Assembly (NCBI GenBank): GCA_963762145.1
Contig: CAVXJS010000009.1
Location: 480,001-544,000 of the forward strand
DNA: 64,000 bases
Direction of reading: 5' to 3'
From: an uncultured Candidatus Rokubacteria bacterium
GTDB lineage: Bacteria > Methylomirabilota > Methylomirabilia > Rokubacteriales > CSP1-6
Every line of letters starts with the position of its first letter. Positions within the stretch are counted from its first letter, which is position 1. The notes beneath the pieces are model-generated. The model was given only the letters and a program-made list of their open reading frames with translations, was not told the origin of the DNA and ran no database searches. Below, piece by piece: positions 40,143 to 50,753 of the stretch. Both the position numbers and the translations under genes were made by a program.

Positions 40143-41000
40143 TTGATCCCGGCCGAGCCTCGCTTCATCGCCTGCCGGGCTTCCCTCCCGGACGCCCGGG
40201 TCGTTCTCTTCGGCATCCCCTTCGAGGGGCGCATCAACCTCCGCCGGGGCGCCGACCACGGCCCCCGCGAGCTCCGGCTGGCCTCCGACTCCATCGAGAC
40301 CTACTCCCCGTTCCTGGGCCGTGACCTGGAAGATCTCGCCATCGCCGATCTGGGCGACTGCGAGCTGGGCGACGGCTCGCCGCGGGAGCAGCTCGCCCGG
40401 GCCCGGGAGGAGATCCTGGGCTTCTGGCGGCCGGGGCTCTTGCCCGTCATGCTGGGCGGCGACCACACCGCCACGCTGCCGGTGATCGAGGTCCTGGCGC
40501 CCGCCATCCCGGAGCTGCGCATCCTCCAGCTCGACGCCCACCCGGACCTCCGCGAGGAGTTCCTCGGCGAGCGTTACAACTACGCCTCGGCCATGGCCCG
40601 GGTGATGGACGTGGTGGCGCCCGAGCGCGTCTTCCAGGTGGGCATGCGCACCGGCGCCCGAGAGGAGTACCAGCGGAAAGCGCCGCACCTCTTTCCGGCC
40701 CACCGGATCCATCCGGTGGAGGCGGTGAAGAGCCTGCTTCCCGAGCTGCGGGCCCACCCGCTCTACGTGACCATCGACGTGGACGTGCTCGATCCCTCCG
40801 AGGCGCCGGGAACCGGCGCGCCCGAGCCCTGCGGCATCACCGCCTCGGAGCTGGTGGAGATCGTCCGCCTGCTCGAGCCCTGCCGGATCGTGGGCACCGA
40901 CCTGATGGAGGTCGCCCACGCGTGGGATCCGTCGGGCCGCACCGGCATCACCGCCTCGTGGATTCTCCGGGAAGCCATCCTGACGTGGTGGGGCAAGTGA
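40143..41000 (+). CDS. speB: Agmatinase (ureohydrolase)
   Basis: GGDH, DAHPD, TIDVDVLDPS.APGTG.PE. Confidence 0.92.
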   Translation: MIPAEPRFIACRASLPDARVVLFGIPFEGRINLRRGADHGPRELRLASDSIETYSPFLGRDLEDLAIADLGDCELGDGSPREQLARAREEILGFWRPGLLPVMLGGDHTATLPVIEVLAPAIPELRILQLDAHPDLREEFLGERYNYASAMARVMDVVAPERVFQVGMRTGAREEYQRKAPHLFPAHRIHPVEAVKSLLPELRAHPLYVTIDVDVLDPSEAPGTGAPEPCGITASELVEIVRLLEPCRIVGTDLMEVAHAWDPSGRTGITASWILREAILTWWGK

Positions 41001-41082
41001 AGCTGCAGACGGTAGGCCCGCCTGGCCAGGCCAAGGTCTCGCCTTCGGCCGCGGCCGATAGCCCCGACCGGTTACACCACGG

Positions 41083-41105
41083 TCAACATGGCTCAGCCAT
41101 GTTGA
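41083..41105. promoter_or_regulatory. Perfect 11-1-11 palindrome, putative operator
   Basis: TCAACATGGCT-C-AGCCATGTTGA, 19 nt upstream of ATG 41125. Confidence 0.55.
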
Positions 41106-41124
41106 AGATGAAGGGAAGTCACGG

Positions 41125-41904
41125 ATGACCGCTCCCAGCGGATCGCAGTATTCCGCGCCAAGGTACTACGAGATCGCGTTCGACATGAACCGGCGGCAGG
41201 AGGTGAATTTCCTCGTGCACTGCTTCCGCCGCTACGCGCGGCGGCCGATCAAGACGGTGCTCGACATCGCCTGCGGCACCGGCCCGCATCTCATCCGCCT
41301 GGCCGAGCGCGGCTACGCCATGTCGGGGCTCGATCTCTCGCCCGAGAACATCGCCTTCCTCAAGGAGCGGACCGCGGCCAAGGGCTTCGACGCCAACCTG
41401 ATCGTGGCGGACATGACCCGCTTCAAGCTGCGGCGCTCGGTGGACGCGGCGATCTGCATGCAGGACTCGCAGGGCCACCTGCTGACCAACGAGGCCCTGC
41501 TCGCCCATCTCCGCTGCGTCGCCCGCGGGCTCAAGAAGGGCGGGCTCTACGTCTTCGACCGCTACATGTGCTCCTCCTGGACCGATCCGGCGCGGCGCTG
41601 GTCCTGGACGCGACGGCGCGGCAGCGCCACCGTGCGCGCCACCTTCGAGGCGCTCAAGGACCTGAATCCGGTGACGCAGACCTTCTTCGAGGACATGGAG
41701 CTCGAGGCGCACGAGAACGGCATCCGACGCGTCTACCGCCAGCGCCACGCCTCTCGAATGGTCTTCCCCCAGGAGCTGCGGAGCCTGGTGCAGCTCGCCG
41801 GCGGGTTCGAGATGGTCGAGTGGTTCTACGGGTTCAAGCCCCACCTCCGTCTCGATGAGGCCCACCATCCGCTGCTGATGGTCGTCGTGCTGCGAAAGCG
41901 CTAG
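41125..41904 (+). CDS. Class I SAM-dependent methyltransferase
   Basis: VLDIACGTG, GLDLS, ADM, LKKGG. Confidence 0.88.
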   Translation: MTAPSGSQYSAPRYYEIAFDMNRRQEVNFLVHCFRRYARRPIKTVLDIACGTGPHLIRLAERGYAMSGLDLSPENIAFLKERTAAKGFDANLIVADMTRFKLRRSVDAAICMQDSQGHLLTNEALLAHLRCVARGLKKGGLYVFDRYMCSSWTDPARRWSWTRRRGSATVRATFEALKDLNPVTQTFFEDMELEAHENGIRRVYRQRHASRMVFPQELRSLVQLAGGFEMVEWFYGFKPHLRLDEAHHPLLMVVVLRKR

Positions 41905-41913
41905 AGCCTCCTC

Positions 41914-43092
41914 CTGGCCACTCTGATCCTGAAACGAGGAGCCGAGCGGCGGATCCGGGCGGGGCACCCGTGGATCTACCGGGGCGAAGTGGCCGATCTC
42001 AAAGGCTCGTGGTCCGCTGGCGCCGCCGTCGAGGTCACCGACGCCACCGGACGCTACCTCGGGCGCGGCTTTTACAGCCCGCGGTCTTCCCTGGTCTGCC
42101 GTCTGCTCACGCGGGCCGACGAGGCCGTCAACGCGGCCCTGATCCGGCGACGGCTGGAGGCGGCGCTCGAGTACCGCCGGGCCGCCTCGCTCGTCGCGCC
42201 CGCCTACCGCCTCTGCTGGAGCGAGGCCGACGGCCTGCCCGGTCTGGTGGTGGACCGCTACGGACCCGTGAGCGTGATCCAGTGCCTCACGCTCGGCATG
42301 GCGCGCAACGCGGACTGGATCCGCGAGGCGCTCGCCGCGATCTTCCCCGACGGCCGGATCGTCCGGCTCGACGACCCGACGGCGGCGCGCATCGAGGGCT
42401 TCGAGGCTGTTCGCGAGACCCCGCCCGAGGATGAGCGGCCCGGCGGCGATCTGATCATCGAGGAAGGCCAGGGCCGCTTCGCGGTGACCCTGGGCGCGGG
42501 CCAGAAGACCGGCCTCTACCTCGACCAGCGCGACAACCGGCTCCTGACCGCCGGCCTGGCCTCGGGGCGCCGGGTGCTCGATGCCTTCTGCTACGGCGGC
42601 GGCTTCGCCTGCCACGCGCTGCTGGCCGGTGCCGAGCGCGCCCTGCTGCTGGACTCCTCCGAGGACGCGCTGGCCCTGGCCCGACGCAACCTGGCGCTCA
42701 ACGGGATCGAGGCCCGCGCCGAGCTGCGGAGCGGCAACGCCTTCGACGGGCTCCGGGATCTGGATGCGCGGGGCGAGCGCTTCGGGCTGGTCGTCCTCGA
42801 TCCCCCGCCCTTCACGCGCCGCAAGGACGCCGTCGAGGCGGCCGCGCGCGGCTACAAGGAGATCAACATCCGGGGCCTGCGCCTGCTCGAGCGGGGCGGC
42901 CGGCTGGCCACGTTCTCCTGCTCCCACCACGTCACGCCCGCGATGTTCGAGGAGATCTGCCGCGACGCCGCCGGCGACGCCGGCGTCCGCACCCGCGTCG
43001 TCGCCACCCTCACCCAGAGCCGCGACCACCCGATCATCCTCACGATCCCCGAATCCCGCTACCTCACCGGCCTCCTCCTCGAATCCACCTAA
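41914..43092 (+). CDS. RlmI/RlmK-family rRNA methyltransferase (PUA + MTase)
   Basis: GHPWIY upstream of the called start; SEADGLPGLVVDRY, GQKTG.YLDQR.NR, LDPPPF, DHP. Probable CTG start at 41914. Confidence 0.88.
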   Translation: MATLILKRGAERRIRAGHPWIYRGEVADLKGSWSAGAAVEVTDATGRYLGRGFYSPRSSLVCRLLTRADEAVNAALIRRRLEAALEYRRAASLVAPAYRLCWSEADGLPGLVVDRYGPVSVIQCLTLGMARNADWIREALAAIFPDGRIVRLDDPTAARIEGFEAVRETPPEDERPGGDLIIEEGQGRFAVTLGAGQKTGLYLDQRDNRLLTAGLASGRRVLDAFCYGGGFACHALLAGAERALLLDSSEDALALARRNLALNGIEARAELRSGNAFDGLRDLDARGERFGLVVLDPPPFTRRKDAVEAAARGYKEINIRGLRLLERGGRLATFSCSHHVTPAMFEEICRDAAGDAGVRTRVVATLTQSRDHPIILTIPESRYLTGLLLEST

Positions 43093-43158
43093 CTCGGGGT
43101 CAGGTCTTACATTCCGACAAACTGCGCTGAGCCGGAGTGTATCTACCGGCACGGCGCT

Positions 43159-43326
43159 GCGGGTGGGCGGTGGTGCGGGGGGCGGGGCCCTCCCGGGAAC
43201 CGTGTCTTCTGCGGATTGTCGAAGGCTCGACGGCTCTGTCTCGTGGCTCGATTGCGACGGCGTGACGTGCAAGCGACTCAGCGTGTTCCCGGGAGGGCCC
43301 CGCCCCCCGCGCCGCTGCCCACCCGC
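43159..43326. repeat. 42-bp inverted repeat enclosing 84 nt (MITE/REP-like element or structured RNA)
   Basis: Arms at 43159-43200 and 43285-43326; the 3 mismatches all form G-U pairs on the + strand. Confidence 0.8.
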
Positions 43327-43348
43327 GGCGTGAGCGCCTCGCGCGAGA

Positions 43349-44894
43349 CTAACTCTCCCGGTAGATGATGAGGAGAGCGCCGACGAGCACGAGGCCGACG
43401 GCCCAGAGCGCCCCGGGCACGCGCCGGCGCCCCTCGGGGAGCCGGAGCTCGAGCCAGCGCCCCCAGCCGATCACCAGGGCCAGCAGGCCGAGCGGCGCGT
43501 GGGTCACCTCGAGCAGGAACTCGTCCTTGAGATTCTGCGCGGCGTGCGAGTGGCTCAGGAGCATGCCACCGCCGACCACGCAGAGCAGCGGGAAGATCAG
43601 GGCCGCGCGCCGCGATGCGAGGCGCCCGCTGCGGACCATCCACTCGAAGATGCCGAAGACGATGACGAGCAGCACGAAGAACCGGTGCTGGGCCACCGTC
43701 GCGACGAGCCAGCCCTCCCAGAAGCCCTCGGGGCCGAGCGGCCACGACCCGGGATCGTTGCGCACGATCATGAAGGCGGCCAGGCCCAGGAAGACCAGCG
43801 GCCAGTGCCGCGCCCAGCGCGCCCGCCCGGTCGTGTGCAGCAGGGCCAGCAGACCCATGATGAGCACGAGGATCCCGGAGACGTGATGGTTGAACTCCGA
43901 CCAGGCGCGATCGGCGTCGTTGCGGGGGGCCAGCGGATCGTCGACCGGCATCTCCGAGATCGAGGGCGAGCGGAGCGACGGCATCCGCGGCGTGAAGCGC
44001 GTCGCGACCTCCGCGAGCGTGGCCCGATCGTGGGTGAGATCCACCGCGGGGGGCAGCGAGGTGAGCGAGGCCGCCGCGAAGAGCACGGTGAGGCCCAGGC
44101 CGACCTCGACCTCCACGAAGCGGCGCAGCGTGAGCTGGTCGGCCTCGGGCGCGCCGTCCATGCGGCGGATCGCGCGGGAGTTCAGCGCCCCCAGCACGAG
44201 CAGGCCGCCGAAGATCGCCACCTTGGTCAGCACCATGAGGCCGTAGGCGGTGCCGACGATCGCGGTCTGATCCGGGGCGTAGTTCCAGGTGAGGCCCACG
44301 CCCGCGGCCACCAGGACCGCGACCGAGGCCAGCGCCAGGTTCGAGAACCGCCGCAGCAGGGCCACCGGCCAGGGCCGGTCGCCGCGCCCGAACGCGGCCG
44401 CGGTCAGGTGCACGAGCCCGCCGATCCACACCGCGGCGCCCAGCTGATGGAGGCCGTCGAGCACCAGCAGCAGGGCGCGGGAGTCGAGCCGCGCCGCGGC
44501 GTGGCTGGTCCACGGGGCGGCCACCACCAGCACCGCGCCCAGCGCGACCACTGCGGGCCAGAGCCGCGACGGCCCGCCCGCGCGCCGCAGCCCGACGGCG
44601 CACGCGGCGAGGGCGAGCCCGGCCACGATCCGGACGACGCTCACCTGCACGTACAGCGTGTCGAGCGCCGCGCGCAGCGGCCAGGCCGCCTCGTGGAGGA
44701 GCACGAATAGCTCGTTGGCCAGCGACAGGGCCTGGCCCAGCGCGAGCGTGGTCGCGGCGACCGCGATGAGCAGCAGCGAGCGCGGCGCCTCGGGCCCGCG
44801 GGCCACGAGCAACAGGAAGCACACGCCGCCCACCGCGGTGGCCTGCGCGGCGAGGATCAGGCCGCGCAGCAGGACGTCGAGAACGGCAGAGCAT
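43349..44894 (-). CDS. CopD-family copper resistance/uptake membrane protein with C-terminal extension
   Basis: TSHAA, LHQLGAAVWIGGL, RRFS, YG..L.K; C-terminal SEFNHH, QH, HSH. Indel at the start. Confidence 0.8.
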
Positions 44895-44895
44895 G

Positions 44896-46068
44896 TCAGG
44901 CCGCCCGGCGTCGCCCCGTGCCCCACCGGACCAGCACATGAAGATCGGCGTGCCGAGCGCGACCGGGATCAGGAACCAGTGGGCCCGCCCGAAACAGGCC
45001 AGCACGAGCACGAGGTAGATGAAGTCGCGGTTGGCCACCGCGTCGGCCAGGCGGCCGGGCGGCGCCCGCGGCGGCGCCGCCGCGACGAGCGACGAGATAG
45101 GCGGACGCGGCGGTGCCGGTGATCGCCAGCGCGCCCAGGAGCAGCGGCCAGCGCGAGGCCTCGGCCAGGCTCCAGCCCGACCGCCATGCACCCGAACACC
45201 GCCACGTGGACGACGTTGTCGCCCCAGAAGTCGAGGCGCGCCCCGGTGGGCGACTCCTGGAACTTCAGCCGCGCCAGCTCGCCGTCGCAGCCGTCGAGGA
45301 TCGAGTGGGTCAGGAAGAGCAGCGCCCCGGCGACTGCTGCCAGCGGCTCCGCGGACAGGAAGAACGGCGCGCCCGAGCAGGCCGATGGCGAGGCTCACCA
45401 GGGTCATCGCGTTGGGGGTGATGCGCGTGCCCACGCAGCCGCCGGGTCAGCGCGAGCGAGATGCGCCGCTCGACGTGGCGCGACATGAAGCCCTCGCTGT
45501 CCTTGATGAGGCTCCGCAGGAGCCAGGCCTCGGCGGCCCGCGCGCCGGCGGCGCCCCCGAGCGCGAAGCGGCCGGCCGGATCGCCCGCCTCGGTGGTGCG
45601 CGGCCAGGCGCCCGGACAGCGCGGTGATCAGGTCCTCGCGCGCCGACGGCCTGGCCGCGCCGGCGCAGCACCTCGTCGATCCCCGCGCTCTCCACCACCG
45701 CGGTCAGCGACGAATCGACCGCGAGCGTCTCGGGACTCCAGCGGCATCTCGCGCAGGGCGCGCAGCCAGCGCGCCTGGGGGAGGACGTTGGCGGGCACCA
45801 GGACGAGCCGGGCCCGCGGCGCCAGCGGCGTGTCGGCATCGAGCGCGAACCGCCGCGGTGCCCGCGAGCAGGTGCGGCTCCTGACAGGCCTCGGGATGCA
45901 CCAGGATCCGCTCGAAGCCGGCCGCGCTTCGCGGCCAGCGCGATGCGCCGCACGCAGCGGCAGGCCCGCGACACGGTTCCGGGCGGCGGGGAGCCGCGCG
46001 TCCGCCGGGGCCGGCAGGATCACGAGGAAGCTCCGCACGGAGACGGCCGCGGAGGAGAGCGTGGTCAC
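44896..46068 (-). CDS. CDP-alcohol phosphatidyltransferase family protein with N-terminal extra domain (heavily frameshifted)
   Basis: ITPNAMT; ILDGCDGELARLKF..S..G..LDFWGDNVVH; ANRDF. Confidence 0.8.
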
Positions 46069-47107
46069 CGGGCCGATCCGACCCGCGTGGCCAGGGGGAG
46101 CAGCACGCCGCCGCGGCGGCTCGACTCGCGCGCGCCGCACTCGACCGCGACGCAGACCGCCGCCTCGGCGAGATTGCGGCTCCGTCGGCGCCCGGCCGAG
46201 CACGCGGGCGAGAACGCGTCGGCGACCGGGCCGAACCAGTCGGGATGCTGGGAGCCGTCGGACAGCGCGGGCGGGCGCCGGCCACGCTCGCTCGCGCGCC
46301 GTCCGCGCGGAGGACCACGGTGTCGTCCTCGAAGCTCGATGCGTCCCGGCGGCGCCGATCAGTGGGCCCGGTTGCGCCGCTCTCCGCGGCCCACGTCAGG
46401 ACGATGTCCGCCACGGCGTCCGGGAAGGTGCAGGCGCACCGTCGCGGTGTCCTCGACCGCGAAGCGATGGTGGCGCCGCGTCTCGAGACGGGCGCTGCAC
46501 GGCGCGCGGCGCAGGCGCCGAGCCAGCGCTGGACCACGTAGAAGACGTGCCAGCCGTGATCGGTCAGCACGCCGCCGCCCGCGACCGCCGGGTCGAGCCG
46601 CCAGTTGCTCGCCCTGCCGTCGCCGCGGCGGCCGGCTGGGTGCGCAGCGTCTGCCAGGCGACGCGCGCGCACCGGCCCGATCGCGCCCTCGCGGAGGAGC
46701 TCGGCGGCGCGCGGACGATGGGCGCGTGGTGCCAGTTGTGCACGGTGTGGAGCACGCGCGCGCGCGGCGCGCGCGAGCCCGGCCACGGCGCTCGAGCTCG
46801 GCGAGCGAGCCCACCAGCGGCTTCTCGCAGAGCACGTGCAGGCCGCGCGCGAGCGCGGCCTCGATCAGGGCCGCGTGGCTCGACGGCGGCGTGCAGACGT
46901 CGACGAAGTCGAGTCGTCCGCGGCCAGCAGGGACTCGACGCGAGTCGTACCAGCGCGCGCCGGGCAGGCGCGGCCCGGCACTCGGCCTGCCGCGCGGGGT
47001 GGAGTCGGTGGCGGCGACGATCATCGACGTCGGGCCGCTCGCGCCAGCCGGGCAGGTGGCCGTGCACGGCCACGTTGCCGAGGCCGATGATCGCGCCCCG
47101 GAGTCAT
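46065..47107 (-). CDS. Gfo/Idh/MocA family oxidoreductase (frameshifted)
   Basis: IIGLGNVA, DVCTPP..H, HVLCEKP, AGGGVLTDHGWH, VEDTA. Confidence 0.85.
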
Positions 47108-47108
47108 C

Positions 47109-48461
47109 CTAGTCTCGAGCCCATGCGCGCTTGAGCGTCACTCCGAGCGCTTCGTCCAGGATCGCGAGGCCGGCCCAGCGCCTGTGTCCTCGCGTGATCA
47201 CGAGGGGCGGATTGATGCCGGATCGTCGGCGCATAGGTCATGGCACGAGCCCGCGCCGCAGGCACTCCTGGTAGAGGTCCCGGGTGACGCTCCTTGTCGA
47301 GCGGCTCCTTGCGCTCTGCCGGTCCTCGACCAGCTCCATGCCGAGCAGCAGCCCGCTGCCGCGCACCTCGCCGACCGCGCGGTACTTCTCCTTCATCGCC
47401 TGGAGCTCGGCGAGCATGACCGCGCCGACGCGCTCGGACGTGCTCGACGAGGTCCTCCTTCAGGATGATCTCGAGCGCGGCGAGCCCGGCCGCCGAGGCG
47501 AGCGGATTGCCGCCGTAGCTCGACGAGCTCGAGCTCGGATTGGACCAGGGCTTGGCCGCGGTGAGCGTCTCGGTGGAGACGACGGCGGCCAGCGGGAAGC
47601 CGCCGCCCATGCCCTTGCCCACCGTCATGATGTCGGGCACGACGCCGTCGTGCTCGGCGCCCCACATCGAGCCCGGTGCGCCCGAAGCCGGTGATCATCT
47701 CGTCGGCGAAGAAGCAGCGCGCCGTGATCCTTGGCGATCGACTGCGATCGCGCGCAGGAAGCCGTCGGGCGGGATGATGTTGCCCGCGGTGCCCTGGATC
47801 GGCTCCACGATGATCGCGGCGATCTCGCCCGCGGTCTGGTAGCGGATGACGTCGCGAACGTAGTCCGCGCAGGCGATGCCGCAGTCGGGATAGCGTGAGC
47901 TTGCAGCGGGCAGCGGTAGCAGTCCGCATAGGGCGTCGAGGTGCTGGCCGGGCAGGAACGGGCCCCAGGTGATGCTTGAAGTCGCTGCCGAGGAGGCCCG
48001 AGCACGCCGCCGGTCTTGCCGTGGAAGCCGCCCCAGAAGCCGATGACCTCGTGCTTCCCGGTCGCCGCCTTGGCGAGCCGCAGCGCCGGCCTCCACCGCC
48101 TCCGCGCCGCCCGAGAAGAGCTGGATGCGCGTCGAGGCCCGCGGGGGTGACGGACGCCGAGCAGCTCGAGGAAGCGGGCGCGCGTCTCGGTGGTGAAGCT
48201 GCCGAAGGTGAGCCGCTCGACCTGGCGCTTGAGCGCCTCGACGTAGTGCGGATGGCAGTGCCCGACGCTGCCGACGCGCGATGCCCGCGATGAAGTCGAT
48301 GTACTCGTTGCCGTCCTCGTCGATGAGCGTCGCAGCCCTGGCCGCGCGCCATGGCCAGCCCGGAGTAGAGCGCGAAGGACTGGAAGCCCGGCGCGATGTG
48401 GCGCTGCCTCGCGCGCCACGATCTCCCGCGAGCGCGGCCCCGGCTCGCGCCGCTCGCTCAT
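47109..48461 (-). CDS. Class III PLP-dependent aminotransferase (frameshifted)
   Basis: DEDGNEYIDF, GHCHP, SGGAEAVE, FHGKT, EPIQG.AG, DEMITGFGRTG, PDIMTVGKGMGGG, YGGNP. Confidence 0.88.
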
Positions 48462-49352
48462 CGCCCGCCTCCCGCAGTCCGCCGGGCGCCGAAGCGCAGC
48501 GCCAGGTAGGCGGCGATGACCGGCGCGGCCTCGTCTCGGTAGAGCGCGAAGCTCGGCCACGCGTTGAGGTCGAGGAGCAGGAGGCCGCCGTCCGCGGTGG
48601 CGATGGCGTCGCCGCCGTAGATCTCGAGCCCGAGCGCGGCCGCCGCGTCGCCGCGCGAGGCGCGCGAGCCGGCCGCGGGTCGAAGGGATGCCCGGCCAGG
48701 CGTCTGATCCTTGTGGTAGAACCAGCGGAACCAGGGCGGCCCGCCGTCGGGACCGCCGCCGCCGGGCCGACGCCGTAGAACTTGATGAGATCGCCGGCCA
48801 CGTGCGGCTGCAGCACCGCGCCGCGCGATCCCGCGGGCGCGCGAGGCCGGCCGAGCGCGGCCGCGACCGCGCGCGTCCGTCTCCGCGAAGACGACGTCGC
48901 CCTCCTGCGTGTTGTGCACGTCGCCCCGCTTGACCCAGACCGGCAGGCGCGCGGGCGCCGGCGATGTCGGCCCGGAGTCGCCACGAGCCGGCTCGTGCAC
49001 GAACGGCACGCCGGCCTCATCGAAGCTGGGCGATCATCCGCTCGCGGTAGGTGTCGAGGACGGCGGCGGCGACGTTGACGATGCGGACGCCGTCCCGCTC
49101 CCACGCGGCGAGCTGCGCCAGCACCTCCTCGCGCTCGCACATGAAGAAGATCGCGCGCGGGCGGCGCCTCGGTGGGCCACGCGACGCTCCTCCGGGTCCT
49201 CGGAGCTCGACCTGGACGCCGCGCGCCTCGAGGTGCTTGCCGGTCAGGCGCAGGATCTCCGCGTCGTCGTTCTCGCGCCCCGGCGAATGCGCCCGCTCGC
49301 GGAAGATTCCCCAGCAGGTCAGATCGGCCACCCCCGTCCTCCTCGCGCTCAT
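48458..49352 (-). CDS. ATP-grasp fold hypothetical protein (frameshifted)
   Basis: WVKRGD, LQPHVAGDLIKFY, LGLEIYGGD, LDLNAWPSF (ATP-grasp-like D..DxN). Confidence 0.65.
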
Positions 49353-50072
49353 GTCCGTCGCGCTCCTCGCGCCAGCGCCTCGGCGCTGGCCACATCCTCC
49401 GCCCGGTCGACGTCGACGACCGTCTCGATGATCTCCCCGTAGAGCGGCTGGCCGCTGTCGTGCAGCCACCCCAGGTAGCTCGCGCAGCCGCCCGAGGTCC
49501 CGCGGCGGCGTCGAGGCGCCGCGCCCGCTCTGGGCACGAGGTACATCCCCGCGGTGACCAGACGCGCCGCCGCCGTCGCCGAGCGCCTTCCACGCGGCCG
49601 CCGCGCCTCGAGCGACGACCCACAGCGGCTTCTCGTCCGCGACGAACGGGGTGACCGCGAGCACGGTGGCGTCGTCGGGCCGGGACGCGGCAGCCGCTCG
49701 ACGAAGCGCGCGAAGTCCGCCGGCCGCGCACCACGCGTCGACCGTGGACACGAGCAGCGGCCCCGCGTGCCCGCGGCCGGTCACCTCGCGGAAGCTCTCG
49801 AGCGACGACGCGGTGGTCTTGACGATGAAGTCGATCGTCGAGCGCGGGGAACCGCGTCGCGGACCCACTCCACGCAGTCCCGCTCCTGCTCGTTGACGAT
49901 GATGGCGAGCGCGCGTGATCCCCGCCGTCGTCGAAGTTGCGCAGCACGCGCCTCGATCAGGGGCACGCCCGGCCACCTCCACCAGCGGCTTCGGCACCCG
50001 GTAGCCGTCCGCGCGCAGGCGGCTGCCCTCGCCGGCCGCGATGATGCCGCCTCGAATCGCACTCGCGCTCAC
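49349..50072 (-). CDS. Nucleotidyltransferase (NTP transferase family; frameshifted)
   Basis: GIIAAGEGSRL...PKPLVEV, STVD, DEKPL, DVDR. Confidence 0.85.
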
Positions 50073-50753
50073 GAGCAGCAAGGCCTCCACGCTCCGTCAA
50101 CGAATGGACCACGCGGTCGCCCGGGCAGCACGGCCCGCCGGGCGGCGGCGGGGCCGCGACCAGCCAGATGTGCCGCATGCCGAGGGCCCGCGCGCCCTCC
50201 ATGTCCCGGGCCGCCGAATCGCCCACGAACACGGCGTCGATCGGGCGCCACCCCCAGCCCGTCCAGCGCCTGCATGAAGATGCGCGGATCGGGCTTGGAG
50301 AATCCGACCCGGACCGAGTCGACGATGACGCCGAAGAGAGACCGGATCGCCGTAGTTATGACACACGGTCGTCGAGGTTGCCATAGAAGTTGGACACGAT
50401 GCCGAGCCGATAGCGCGCGCCGAGCCGCGCGAGCAGCGGCCGGTTCCGTCGCAGATGGCGGTGGGCGTCGTCGAGGAACCGGTCGGCGACGCGCGCGATC
50501 ACCCGCTCGTCGCGCACCGCGAGCCCGGCGGCGATGTTCGCGGTGAGGCGCCGCACCGTCTCGTCGAACGACAGCGTGACCGGGATCGCGTCCACGAGCG
50601 CGTCGTCGGCGCGGTAGAAGACGGGATCGAAGGCCTCCGGGCGGTCCGCCGCGCCCTCGGCGCGCCAGAGGCCGAAGAAGCGCTCCTTCCACGTCACCCC
50701 GTCGGCGTCGAGCGTGCCCCCGAAGTCGAAGAGCAGCGCACGCGGATGCTCAG
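50069..50753 (-). CDS. HAD family hydrolase (frameshifted)
   Basis: LLFDFGGTLDADG, VSNFYGNL, KPDPRIF, VGDS..RD. Confidence 0.85.
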
